From an uncultured Chloroflexia bacterium (GTDB taxonomy: Bacteria > Chloroflexota > Anaerolineae > Anaerolineales > Anaerolineaceae), in NCBI GenBank assembly GCA_963704755.1, contig OY969938.1, positions 1,350,001 through 1,382,000 on the forward strand: a stretch of 32,000 bases of DNA. The letters run 5' to 3'. Position 1 is the first letter of the stretch. Each line of letters opens with the position of its first letter. A model generated the notes under the pieces. The model ran no database searches. It saw only the letters and a program-made list of their open reading frames with translations, and had not been told where the DNA came from. A program made the translations under genes and the position numbers. Positions 1 to 7,418 of this stretch are shown here, in pieces.

Positions 1-78
1 GCGATCCGGCGGTTATTGCGCGCTTGCAGTCCCCGGCGTTGGATGCCCTGGGACAGGTAAAAGTAAGACCACTTCATG
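1..78 (-). CDS. partial CDS, N-terminal 26 codons only (continues past the window start); product unknown
   Basis: ATG at 78-76 lies 8 nt downstream of the stop of the 87..962 gene. The frame stays open to the window edge (MKWSYFYLSQGIQRRGLQARNNRRI...). Too short to classify. Confidence 0.25.
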
Positions 79-86
79 CGCTAGGG

Positions 87-962
87 TCAGTCGGTCACCC
101 GGCGTAACTTTTTCAGCGAAGATAACTCGCTGTCATAGACCTTTTTGACGCCGTCGCCCAGGGCCTGTTCGGTCACGCGGATGTATTTGACCAGGCGTTC
201 GAAGCCGCCCGGTTCGACTGAGGCAGCCTGGTCTGAGCCCCACATGGCCCGGTCGAGGGTAATATGGCGTTCTACCAGGCAGGCGCCTAACCCGACCGCC
301 ACCACACTGGGGATCAGGCCCACTTCGTGGCCTGAATAGCCGATCGGGCAGTCGTATTCGCCCTTGAGCGTCTGTACCATGCGCAGGTTCAGGTCTTCCG
401 GCGGGCAGGGATAGGCGCTGGTGGTGTGGCAAATCACCAGCCGGCCAGTGTCCAGGTATTGGATCGCCTGCTTGATCTGGTCCTGGGTGGACATGCCGGT
501 GGAACAAATGACCGTCCGGCCGGTGCTGGTGAGCTTTTTCAGCAGGTCGTGATCGGTCAAGGCCGCCGAGGGCACCTTATAGGCTACCGGGTCGAAAGCC
601 TCCATGAAATCCACCGAGGGTTCATCCCAGACCGAAGCGAACCAGGTGACGCCGATCTTTTTGGCGTAAGCATCGATCTCGCGGTACTGCTTCTCATCAA
701 ATTCCACTTTATAGCGGTAATCCAGATAGGTGATGTATCCCCAGGGGGTTTCACGCATCACGTTGCGCTGGTCAACCGGCGTACACAGCTCCGGCGTGCG
801 TTTCTGGAATTTGACCGCATCGATACCGGTTTGTTTGGCCACGTCCATCAACCTTTTGGCAATTTCCACATCGCCGTTGTGGTTGATTCCGATCTCCGCC
901 ACAATGTAGGTCGGTTGACCTTCGCCGATCAACCGGTCCCCAATTTTTACTGTCTTCGCCAT
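87..962 (-). CDS. neuB: NeuB-family nonulosonic-acid (sialic-acid-type) synthase, short form without the C-terminal SAF/antifreeze-like domain
   Basis: 291 aa. The N-terminus IGEGQPTYIVAEIGINHNGDVEIAKRLMDVAKQTGIDAVKFQKR and the later YSGHE and ERHITLDR motifs are typical of the NeuB/PseI/LegI TIM barrel. The protein ends about 55 aa earlier than the paralog at 15140..16216. GGAG RBS 6 nt upstream of the ATG. Confidence 0.85.
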   Translation of the reverse strand: MAKTVKIGDRLIGEGQPTYIVAEIGINHNGDVEIAKRLMDVAKQTGIDAVKFQKRTPELCTPVDQRNVMRETPWGYITYLDYRYKVEFDEKQYREIDAYAKKIGVTWFASVWDEPSVDFMEAFDPVAYKVPSAALTDHDLLKKLTSTGRTVICSTGMSTQDQIKQAIQYLDTGRLVICHTTSAYPCPPEDLNLRMVQTLKGEYDCPIGYSGHEVGLIPSVVAVGLGACLVERHITLDRAMWGSDQAASVEPGGFERLVKYIRVTEQALGDGVKKVYDSELSSLKKLRRVTD

Positions 963-1023
963 AGGTTCTCCATTTGGTTTATGCAGGAATAATGTAACCG
1001 TTCAGCCTTACCAACTAAAACCC

Positions 1024-1074
1024 CGAATTTGAGATGTTTACACGGACGAAGCCCGCACAAACATCTCAAATTCG
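1024..1074. repeat. intergenic palindromic element with a perfect 16-bp stem (cgaatttgagatgttt / aaacatctcaaattcg) and a 19-nt loop; may act as a terminator or RNA-stability hairpin
   Basis: Read directly from the sequence. On the minus (transcribed) strand the stem is followed by GGGGTTTTAG. It shares the GAATTTGAG stem base with the element at 7362..7399. Confidence 0.6.
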
Positions 1075-1131
1075 AAAATTCTTTACCAGCCTGTCCGGTT
1101 ACGAAATAATTTGCTCAAAAGCATACTTCCT

Positions 1132-2361
1132 CTATCCAGCCTGGCGCTCTACCAGCAAGTCGCACAGTTCGCGCACCGCACCGTGGCCGCCCGGCCGCGA
1201 AAGGACCACGTCGGCCGCCCGGCGAGCTTCCGGCTGGGCATCCGCTACCACTACCCCACACCCGACCAGCGGGAAGCAGGGCACATCGTTGATATCGTTC
1301 CCCAGGTAAATCGCTTCCTGCGGATCGATTTGTTGTTCCCTTAAGTAATTCTTTAACACTCCGGTCTTGTCGGCCACACCCTGGATATAGGGCAAGCCGA
1401 TTTTCTCACAGCGGGCCTGGACGACTTTGTTCGTCTCGGCCGAGATCACCACCACTTTGACGCCGGTATGCATCAGCCTGGCCAGCCCGAGGCTATCGGA
1501 GCGATATACAGCCACGTATTCGTGCGCCTGGTCATCCACCCAGGCGCGATTATCGGTCATGACCCCGTCGAAATCGAAGACCACCAGCTTGACCTGCTCT
1601 GGCAGCGGGCGGCGCGCTTGCCCGGGCGTGACCATTTCCAGACCCGATTCGCGCACCAACCGCTCGGCATTGATCCAATCACCCGGGTTGTCGATATCCA
1701 CCGTGTAGCGCGGGTCCACCATCACCGGAAAAATTACCCTGCCGCTCATCGAACCCTGCTCCAGGATGGTGGTGGAGCGGATGGCATCGATATGGCCGGT
1801 CTGCCAGTAAACCGGTGGCAGGACCTGGCGCGGGGCGTTGTAAGGCTCGGCAATGCCGGCTACGTCGATCAGGTTCTTCATGTAACCGGTCTGGGGATCC
1901 ACTCGCCACATTTTGTGCGGGTTTTGCCCGGATGGCACGATCCCGCGGACCGAATCGACCTCCGGGTGATCGATCAGGGTTTGCACGGCCTGATCGACCA
2001 GGCCTACCGGCCGGACCGGGGAAGTCGGGCGCAACTGCACCACGATATCAGGCCCGTAGGCCTCGTTAGAGGTCAACCAGGCCAGGGCATGCTGAAAGAC
2101 CGGCAAATCCAGCGTGTTGTCTTGTGCCAGCGCCGGCGGGCGCAAAAAAGGCACATCCGCCCCAAAGTTCCGGCCAACCTCCGCTATCTCGGGGTCGTCG
2201 GTCGAAAGGATTACCCGTGTGACCAACCTGGACTGCAAGCCGGCTGCAATGCTATACGCAATCAACGGATAACCGGAGAAATCGCGGATGTTCTTGTGCG
2301 GGATACCTTTTGACCCACCACGGGCCGGGATGATGGCCAGGACTTCGAGGCGTTTTACCAT
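1132..2361 (-). CDS. neuA: fusion protein: N-terminal acylneuraminate (CMP-nonulosonate) cytidylyltransferase and C-terminal KdsC-type (C0) HAD sugar-phosphate phosphatase
   Basis: N-terminal LAIIPARGGSKGIPHKNI motif of CMP-NeuAc synthetases. The C-terminal half has HAD motif I (VVFDFDGVMTDN), motif II (VVISAETN) and motif IV (YLGNDINDVP), as in KdsC and KDN-9-P phosphatases. The ORF track starts at a TTG at 2370. I prefer the ATG at 2361, which has a GGAGG 9 nt upstream. It overlaps the end of the SDR gene. Confidence 0.85.
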   Translation of the reverse strand: MVKRLEVLAIIPARGGSKGIPHKNIRDFSGYPLIAYSIAAGLQSRLVTRVILSTDDPEIAEVGRNFGADVPFLRPPALAQDNTLDLPVFQHALAWLTSNEAYGPDIVVQLRPTSPVRPVGLVDQAVQTLIDHPEVDSVRGIVPSGQNPHKMWRVDPQTGYMKNLIDVAGIAEPYNAPRQVLPPVYWQTGHIDAIRSTTILEQGSMSGRVIFPVMVDPRYTVDIDNPGDWINAERLVRESGLEMVTPGQARRPLPEQVKLVVFDFDGVMTDNRAWVDDQAHEYVAVYRSDSLGLARLMHTGVKVVVISAETNKVVQARCEKIGLPYIQGVADKTGVLKNYLREQQIDPQEAIYLGNDINDVPCFPLVGCGVVVADAQPEARRAADVVLSRPGGHGAVRELCDLLVERQAG

Positions 2362-3179
2362 GCCGTCCAACCTCCATCCACGACCAGGTTTGCACCGGTC
2401 ATGTAGCTGGATGCATCTGAGGAAAGGAACAGGATCGCCCCGTTCATCTCGTCCTGATGGGCCATACGGCCCATCACCGCCCGGTAGGAATAATTCTGAA
2501 CGAAGGTCTCATTGTGGTTGACGAAGACCCCACCGGGCGTCAGCGCATTGGCGCGGATATTCCGCCCGGCATAATACGTAGCCAGGTAGTGGGTCAAGCC
2601 CAATACCCCGGCCTTGGTCACCGAATAAAATACCGGCTTGAACTGCTGGGGCTGGCCAGGGCGCTCGTAGATCCGCTGGTCCGGGCCGACCAACCCGTAG
2701 GTAGAGCAAATGTTGATGATCACCCCGTGATTCTGGTCGATCATAGGCCGGACGGCTGCCTGGGCACACAAAAACATGCCGGTCAGGTTGACATCCAGGG
2801 CTTGCCGCCAGGCGTCCAGGGGATAAGTTTCGAATGCGTTGTTCTGTTGGCCGCTCTGATGTTCCTCGTCGAACTTGGGGTCCATCGCTGCGCTGCAAAT
2901 CAGCACGTCCAGCCGGCCGTACTGGTTGATCGCCGCGGCGACCATGTCTTCCACCGAAACCGGATCGGTCACATCCACGCCGGTGCCAACGGCCGAATAG
3001 CCATCCTTTTGCAGGTTTTCAGCCACGGTCACGGCCGCGCTGCGGTTGAGATCGGCCACTACCACCCCCGCCCCGGCCTCAGCCAGCGTGCGGCAAAATT
3101 GCTTACCTAACAATCCGGCCCCACCGGTAACAGCGACGGCCTGGCCTTCCATTGAAAATTTATCAAAGATATGAGTCAT
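2355..3179 (-). CDS. SDR-family (short-chain dehydrogenase/reductase) oxidoreductase
   Basis: 274 aa. Has the TGGAGLLG cofactor motif, a YSVTKAG catalytic Y-x3-K and a C-terminal YMTGANLVVDGGWTAW typical of classical SDRs. Confidence 0.85.
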   Translation of the reverse strand: MTHIFDKFSMEGQAVAVTGGAGLLGKQFCRTLAEAGAGVVVADLNRSAAVTVAENLQKDGYSAVGTGVDVTDPVSVEDMVAAAINQYGRLDVLICSAAMDPKFDEEHQSGQQNNAFETYPLDAWRQALDVNLTGMFLCAQAAVRPMIDQNHGVIINICSTYGLVGPDQRIYERPGQPQQFKPVFYSVTKAGVLGLTHYLATYYAGRNIRANALTPGGVFVNHNETFVQNYSYRAVMGRMAHQDEMNGAILFLSSDASSYMTGANLVVDGGWTAW

Positions 3180-3200
3180 ACTTCCTCGGATCGATCCATT

Positions 3201-3971
3201 TTAGGGTAAAGAATAGCGGTTCTTCATCTCTTCCCACTGGCTAGGGGAACAAGACTGGAAATGCATGTCCATGTTCGGGCAGGTTTGAATGGAATAATAG
3301 GCCCCACACGCATCTGTACAACTGGCGACGATGCAAGGATTGCCATCCGGGGCGATCCGGCATTCGGTCTCACAAGACACGTTTTGCCCGCGCTGCGGGC
3401 AGGAGTTGTAGGTGTTGTAAGCCGGGACCGCCGTAGCGAACAACAGGCTTGGAATTTCAACTGTCGATTGATAAATTACTTCACCCGTATCAAAATCCCA
3501 AATCTTCAGGCTGATCGACTGGTCCAACGCCGGTTTGCCAATCCCCTGGCAGAACAATTTATCCGGGTATTGGGCGTCAAACGTACACGAGTACGAAACA
3601 CCCCCTAACTCGAGTTTATAGTTTTTATTTACCCCGGGCAAATCTACCGTGGTCATGACGCCATAAACATTGGTGACCAGGCCGGTAATCTTTAAATTAG
3701 CGAAATCTGGGCCTTAAATCGCGGTAGCGCTAGGGATGGGCGTATCACTAACCGCAGGCACCTGAGTCGGAGTCGGTACAGGTGTATCGGAAGGCAAAAT
3801 TGTCGCCGATGGCGACTGGCTGGGCGACTGGGTCGGCACAGCCGTAGCCGGTGCAGATGTATCCGTCGCGGCCGGTGTTGCGGTCGCCGATGTACAGGCA
3901 GAAACAATCAACACGATCAGGCAAAGAACAGGTCCTATCCATAATTTCGATTTCTGGCTGGATGGTTTCAT
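3201..3971 (-). pseudogene. paralog of the 4077..4847 Cys-rich lipoprotein, interrupted by an in-frame TAA at 3716-3714
   Basis: ORFs 3714..3971 (lipoprotein signal peptide plus Pro/Thr linker) and 3201..3656 (Cys-rich domain) are in the same frame. Translating across the stop gives ...SATAI*GPDFANLKITGLVTNVYGVMTTVDL..., which aligns with ...ATPSIAFDQAKIIGVTQQL... of the intact paralog. Confidence 0.75.
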
Positions 3972-4076
3972 AATTTACCCACTTAGAAAGTTTACTCCGC
4001 GGAAATACAGGAAATATTGTAACTGATCTGGCCCCGGTGGGTACGCTTCACTCATCCCGTGACCCAACCTGCCCGA

Positions 4077-4847
4077 TCAGGGGATATTGTATTTGGCCTT
4101 CATTTGGGCGATGACTGCATCGCTGCAATAGGTGAAGGGCTGGTGCAGGTCGGCCGGGCAGGAATCGATGGAGAAATAATACCCGCAGGCGTCGTAGCAG
4201 GATGCCACCAGGCAGGCCGAGCCGTCCGGCGCAATGCGGCACTCGTATTCGCAGTACTCATTTTTGCCGCGGTCCGGGCACCAGTTGCCGGTATCCCCTG
4301 CCGGGATGTCGGTTGGAATATAGGCCGATGGGATCGACACCTCGGTCGAATAAAGCACTGCGCCGCTGTTCACGTCGGTAAAATCCAGGCTCAACGACTG
4401 GTCGCCCTTGGGTTTGACCAACCCGTTGCAGAACAACCGGTCGGGCACACTGGCTACCACCGAGCAATAATAGTTCACTTTATTGAGCACCACGTTATAG
4501 GCCTGTTGAATGCCCGGAAAAGCGATGACGAGCTGGACGTTGACGCTGCCGGTGGACACCCCGTTCAACTGTTGGGTCACGCCGATGATCTTGGCTTGAT
4601 CGAAAGCGATGGATGGCGTGGCAGTGGCCGGGATGGCTGTGGGGGTGGGTGTTTCGGAAGGAATTTCCGTAGCGGTCACTGTGGCGGATGGCGCCGGAGT
4701 GAAGGTATCTGTCGGTTGGACAGGCGTCGTTGGGACGGCTTCAGTGGCGGTTGGTTGGGGTGTGCTCGCCTGGCAGCCGGCAATGACCAAAGCCAGCAGT
4801 CCAACTAAAACAAGAAGAAGAACATGGGTAAAGAGTGGTTTTTTCAT
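4077..4847 (-). CDS. lipoprotein with a Pro/Thr-rich linker and a C-terminal 10-cysteine domain of unknown function
   Basis: 256 aa. Signal peptide with lipobox (LALVIAGC), then about 55 aa of T/P/A-rich linker. The Cys pattern is C-x13-C ... CPDRG-x4-C-x3-CRIAPDG-x2-C-x4-C-x2-C-x9-CP...C. I recognise no family. Starts 3 nt after the stop of the upstream gene. Confidence 0.8.
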   Translation of the reverse strand: MKKPLFTHVLLLVLVGLLALVIAGCQASTPQPTATEAVPTTPVQPTDTFTPAPSATVTATEIPSETPTPTAIPATATPSIAFDQAKIIGVTQQLNGVSTGSVNVQLVIAFPGIQQAYNVVLNKVNYYCSVVASVPDRLFCNGLVKPKGDQSLSLDFTDVNSGAVLYSTEVSIPSAYIPTDIPAGDTGNWCPDRGKNEYCEYECRIAPDGSACLVASCYDACGYYFSIDSCPADLHQPFTYCSDAVIAQMKAKYNIP

Positions 4848-4850
4848 TAG

Positions 4851-5837
4851 TTATAGGGAAATGGGTGTGTTTATTCGACTGGATTCCAGGATGGCCAGGG
4901 CAATCGCAAGGGCCTGTTTTCCATCCTGTAAGGTACATACCGGCTTTTCGTTCCCTTCCACAACACGCAAGAAATGGCGGGTTTGTTCCAGGAACAAATC
5001 GTTTCGCTCGAAGCCATCCGGCAGAGAAAAGAGTGTGGGAGAATCGCCCTGCTCCCGCGAGAGGGTTAAATTCCCGTTGGAATTATCCCACCGTATGGTC
5101 CCCTGGGTACCTACAATTTCCAGGCTGTGTTCTGCCGGTCTTTGCAGGTAGTCCAGGTGGACGGCAGCCACCAGGCCTTGATCGAATTTCAACAGGGCAT
5201 CGGCGCTTAAATCGACCTCGAGCTCTAACTCGGGGGAGGGATGGGTCGCGCCAAACACTTCGTGTGCCCGGCCAAAAAGCCAGCCCAGGTAATCCAATGG
5301 ATGGCAAAGGGTGCGGACCACCCCGCCGCCCAGGTCGGCCCGGGCCGCGTAAGACTGGCGATAATCTTCCCAGGGATGCCAGCCCGGCAGATACTCGCCC
5401 CAATGGGCACGCGCATGCACCGGCCGGCCGATGGTGCCCTCAGACAATAACCGGGCCGCGATGCGCAGGGTGGGATGGTAGCGGAACTGATAACCCACCA
5501 GGAGTTGGCCGCCCCCACTGCGCACAGCCGCCTCCAGGGCGTCGATCCTGGCCAGGCTGTCGGAAACCGGCTTTTCGATGAAAATATGACAGCCTGCCCG
5601 TGCAGCCGGGATGGCCACGTCCAGGTGCAGGGCGGTCGGGGTGGCGATCAGCACCGCGTCCGGGCGATGGGCCAGGGCAGCCGCCAGGTCAGTCTCGACC
5701 GGGATGTCGCGGATCTCATCCGTAGGCAGCGTCGACTTCTGGCTGCGCAGCAAGACAATGTCATGCTGGCCCAATTCGCTCAGGTTGCGCAGGTGCCGCC
5801 GGCCAATCGATCCAAAACCCACAATCAAAAATTTCAT
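4851..5837 (-). CDS. Gfo/Idh/MocA-family NAD(P)-dependent oxidoreductase
   Basis: 328 aa. N-terminal Rossmann MKFLIVGFGSIGRRH and the EKP motif (HIFIEKPV) typical of the family. Confidence 0.85.
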   Translation of the reverse strand: MKFLIVGFGSIGRRHLRNLSELGQHDIVLLRSQKSTLPTDEIRDIPVETDLAAALAHRPDAVLIATPTALHLDVAIPAARAGCHIFIEKPVSDSLARIDALEAAVRSGGGQLLVGYQFRYHPTLRIAARLLSEGTIGRPVHARAHWGEYLPGWHPWEDYRQSYAARADLGGGVVRTLCHPLDYLGWLFGRAHEVFGATHPSPELELEVDLSADALLKFDQGLVAAVHLDYLQRPAEHSLEIVGTQGTIRWDNSNGNLTLSREQGDSPTLFSLPDGFERNDLFLEQTRHFLRVVEGNEKPVCTLQDGKQALAIALAILESSRINTPISL

Positions 5838-5896
5838 AGGGTCCTTGTTTTCACAGCCTTTTCAGGAAAATTGGCAAATTTCACGCACATACCGGA

Positions 5897-7330
5897 TTAT
5901 TTAACCAGGGAAGCCAGGTATTCGCCGGTATGTTTGCCGGCCGAGCCGTCCGTGTAGGTCACCTCGTCGGCGACAAAGCGCAGGCGTTGTTCGGCGTCCA
6001 GCCCAGGATTGCGCAGGTAGGCATCGATGGCCTCGCGCGCCTGATCGGCATTGAAGGCCACTCTGCCCGCGCCGGCATTGCGGAAGCGCTGGTGGGTCGG
6101 CCATTCGGCGATTTCGGACAGCGCCAGTGAAAACTTGCCGGGGGTATTCCAGCCGCCGGGCGTGTCGATGCAGACGCTCACGATCGGCCGGTTGTGAATG
6201 GCCGTCTCGACCACCATGGTCGAATAGACGGTTAAGAATACATCCGCGTGGGCCATCATCGAGGACTTCTCCGGCATATCTTCGCCTGAATAATACCCCA
6301 ATTCTCCCCCCAATGGCACCGGTTCCACCAGGTGAATATGAGGGTGTTCGCTGGCCAGTTGGCGCACCCGGTTGGCCTCCTGCTCGTACAGCGACCCTGG
6401 AATGAAATGGTTGGGGTGCAGGCGGATCAAAAGCTGGCAGGGTTCGCTCAAGCTGTCCGACTTGACCAGCTCCGCCAGAGCCTCGATATTGGGCAGGTTG
6501 GGCGAAAAAGTGACAAAACTGGAGGCATACGCCAGCAGTTTGCGGTTGGGGTCCAGCCCGTGCAGCTTGAAATACTCCGCGCGGCTCATCTGCCACTGCT
6601 TGCGGAAGTAACCATCGTAGGTAGGGATGCCGCCCACGTTGACCTGTTCCGGCGCCCAATCGCCGCCGTAAACCAACTCGTCCCGTTGGGTCTGCGACCA
6701 ACAGGTGGCGTAGTCCATATGCGCACCTGGCAGGCGGTAGCTGCTGGGGTTGTCCCAGCCGATGATGGCCGTGGCCGTTTTGGTCCCACGGGCCGCTGCT
6801 TCGCGCAGCAGGTAGCGGTCCAGGCGCCAGCCCGGGGTGCTGGCCACCACCAGGTCCGGTTGGTATTTCTCGAACAGGTCGGTATAAATCGCGGGAGTAA
6901 AGCGCTGTTGATAATTTACCAGGGCCTTGCGCGCGGCTTGTGAACGGCGCAGCAGGGCTATCGCCAGGCGGACCGCCGGCAGGGTCAGCTTGCCGCCGCG
7001 GGAGGTCTCGTAGGCCATCTGGCGCATATGTGAAATCTGCGGGTTGAGGTTGACCTTGTTCGAGCCGCCCATCCAGCGCAAAAAGTGGACCCAATACTGG
7101 GTATGGTAGGCGGTGTGCTCGAAGTAATCGCGCGCCTTGTCGAGCCGCAGCCCCTCTACGATCAGGCCGGGTTGGCCAAAACGTTGGTTGATTTGCTCGA
7201 TCAGGGCATCATCGCTGAGCAGGACCACTTCGATGCCGGCCGAAAGCAAGGTCTGCAAAACATCGCTCTGCAAGAAATAAACGATGGCCAGTCCATGATC
7301 GGCGCTGATGAATATTCGTCGTGAAGGCAT
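5897..7330 (-). CDS. GT-B-like two-Rossmann protein with an HP motif (TagF/KpsS/sialyltransferase-like); function unassigned
   Basis: 477 aa. LLIRLHPNH lies in the C-terminal half, followed by ADVFLTVYSTMVVETAIHNRPIV (a nucleotide-sugar-binding style). The N-terminal half reads like a Rossmann fold. Assigned from motifs only. Confidence 0.5.
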   Translation of the reverse strand: MPSRRIFISADHGLAIVYFLQSDVLQTLLSAGIEVVLLSDDALIEQINQRFGQPGLIVEGLRLDKARDYFEHTAYHTQYWVHFLRWMGGSNKVNLNPQISHMRQMAYETSRGGKLTLPAVRLAIALLRRSQAARKALVNYQQRFTPAIYTDLFEKYQPDLVVASTPGWRLDRYLLREAAARGTKTATAIIGWDNPSSYRLPGAHMDYATCWSQTQRDELVYGGDWAPEQVNVGGIPTYDGYFRKQWQMSRAEYFKLHGLDPNRKLLAYASSFVTFSPNLPNIEALAELVKSDSLSEPCQLLIRLHPNHFIPGSLYEQEANRVRQLASEHPHIHLVEPVPLGGELGYYSGEDMPEKSSMMAHADVFLTVYSTMVVETAIHNRPIVSVCIDTPGGWNTPGKFSLALSEIAEWPTHQRFRNAGAGRVAFNADQAREAIDAYLRNPGLDAEQRLRFVADEVTYTDGSAGKHTGEYLASLVK

Positions 7331-7361
7331 ATGGATAATGATTTACTCCAGGATTTTTTCT

Positions 7362-7399
7362 GAATTTGAGGCACTTGCGGCTGCAAACACCTCAAATTC
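7362..7399. repeat. intergenic palindromic element, second member of the GAATTTGAG hairpin family
   Basis: Arms are gaatttgaggcacttgc and gcaaacacctcaaattc: a 10-bp and a 4-bp stem around a 3-nt bubble, with loop ggct. The reverse complement of the right arm (gaatttgaggtgtttgc) matches the 1024..1039 arm over gaatttgag, and the next 6 nt agree at 5 of 6 (gtgttt vs atgttt). Confidence 0.55.
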
Positions 7400-7418
7400 C
7401 GTCTTTTTATACGCAGAT

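Noticed and set aside
3714-3716. Stop-codon reassignment (TAA read as sense) as the explanation for the in-frame stop.
   Set aside because: TAA is used as a normal terminator by several well-supported genes here. Examples are the stops at 9488-9490, 20820-22 and 4851-53, where protein-family C-termini end as expected.
5901-7094. 397-aa minus-strand ORF overlapping 5897..7330 in another frame. The same applies to 133..507, 2509..2898, 9453..9998, 15270..15659 and similar ORFs.
   Set aside because: These are off-frame readings of real genes. The composition is Pro/Arg/Gly-rich, and the alternative frame carries the conserved motifs.
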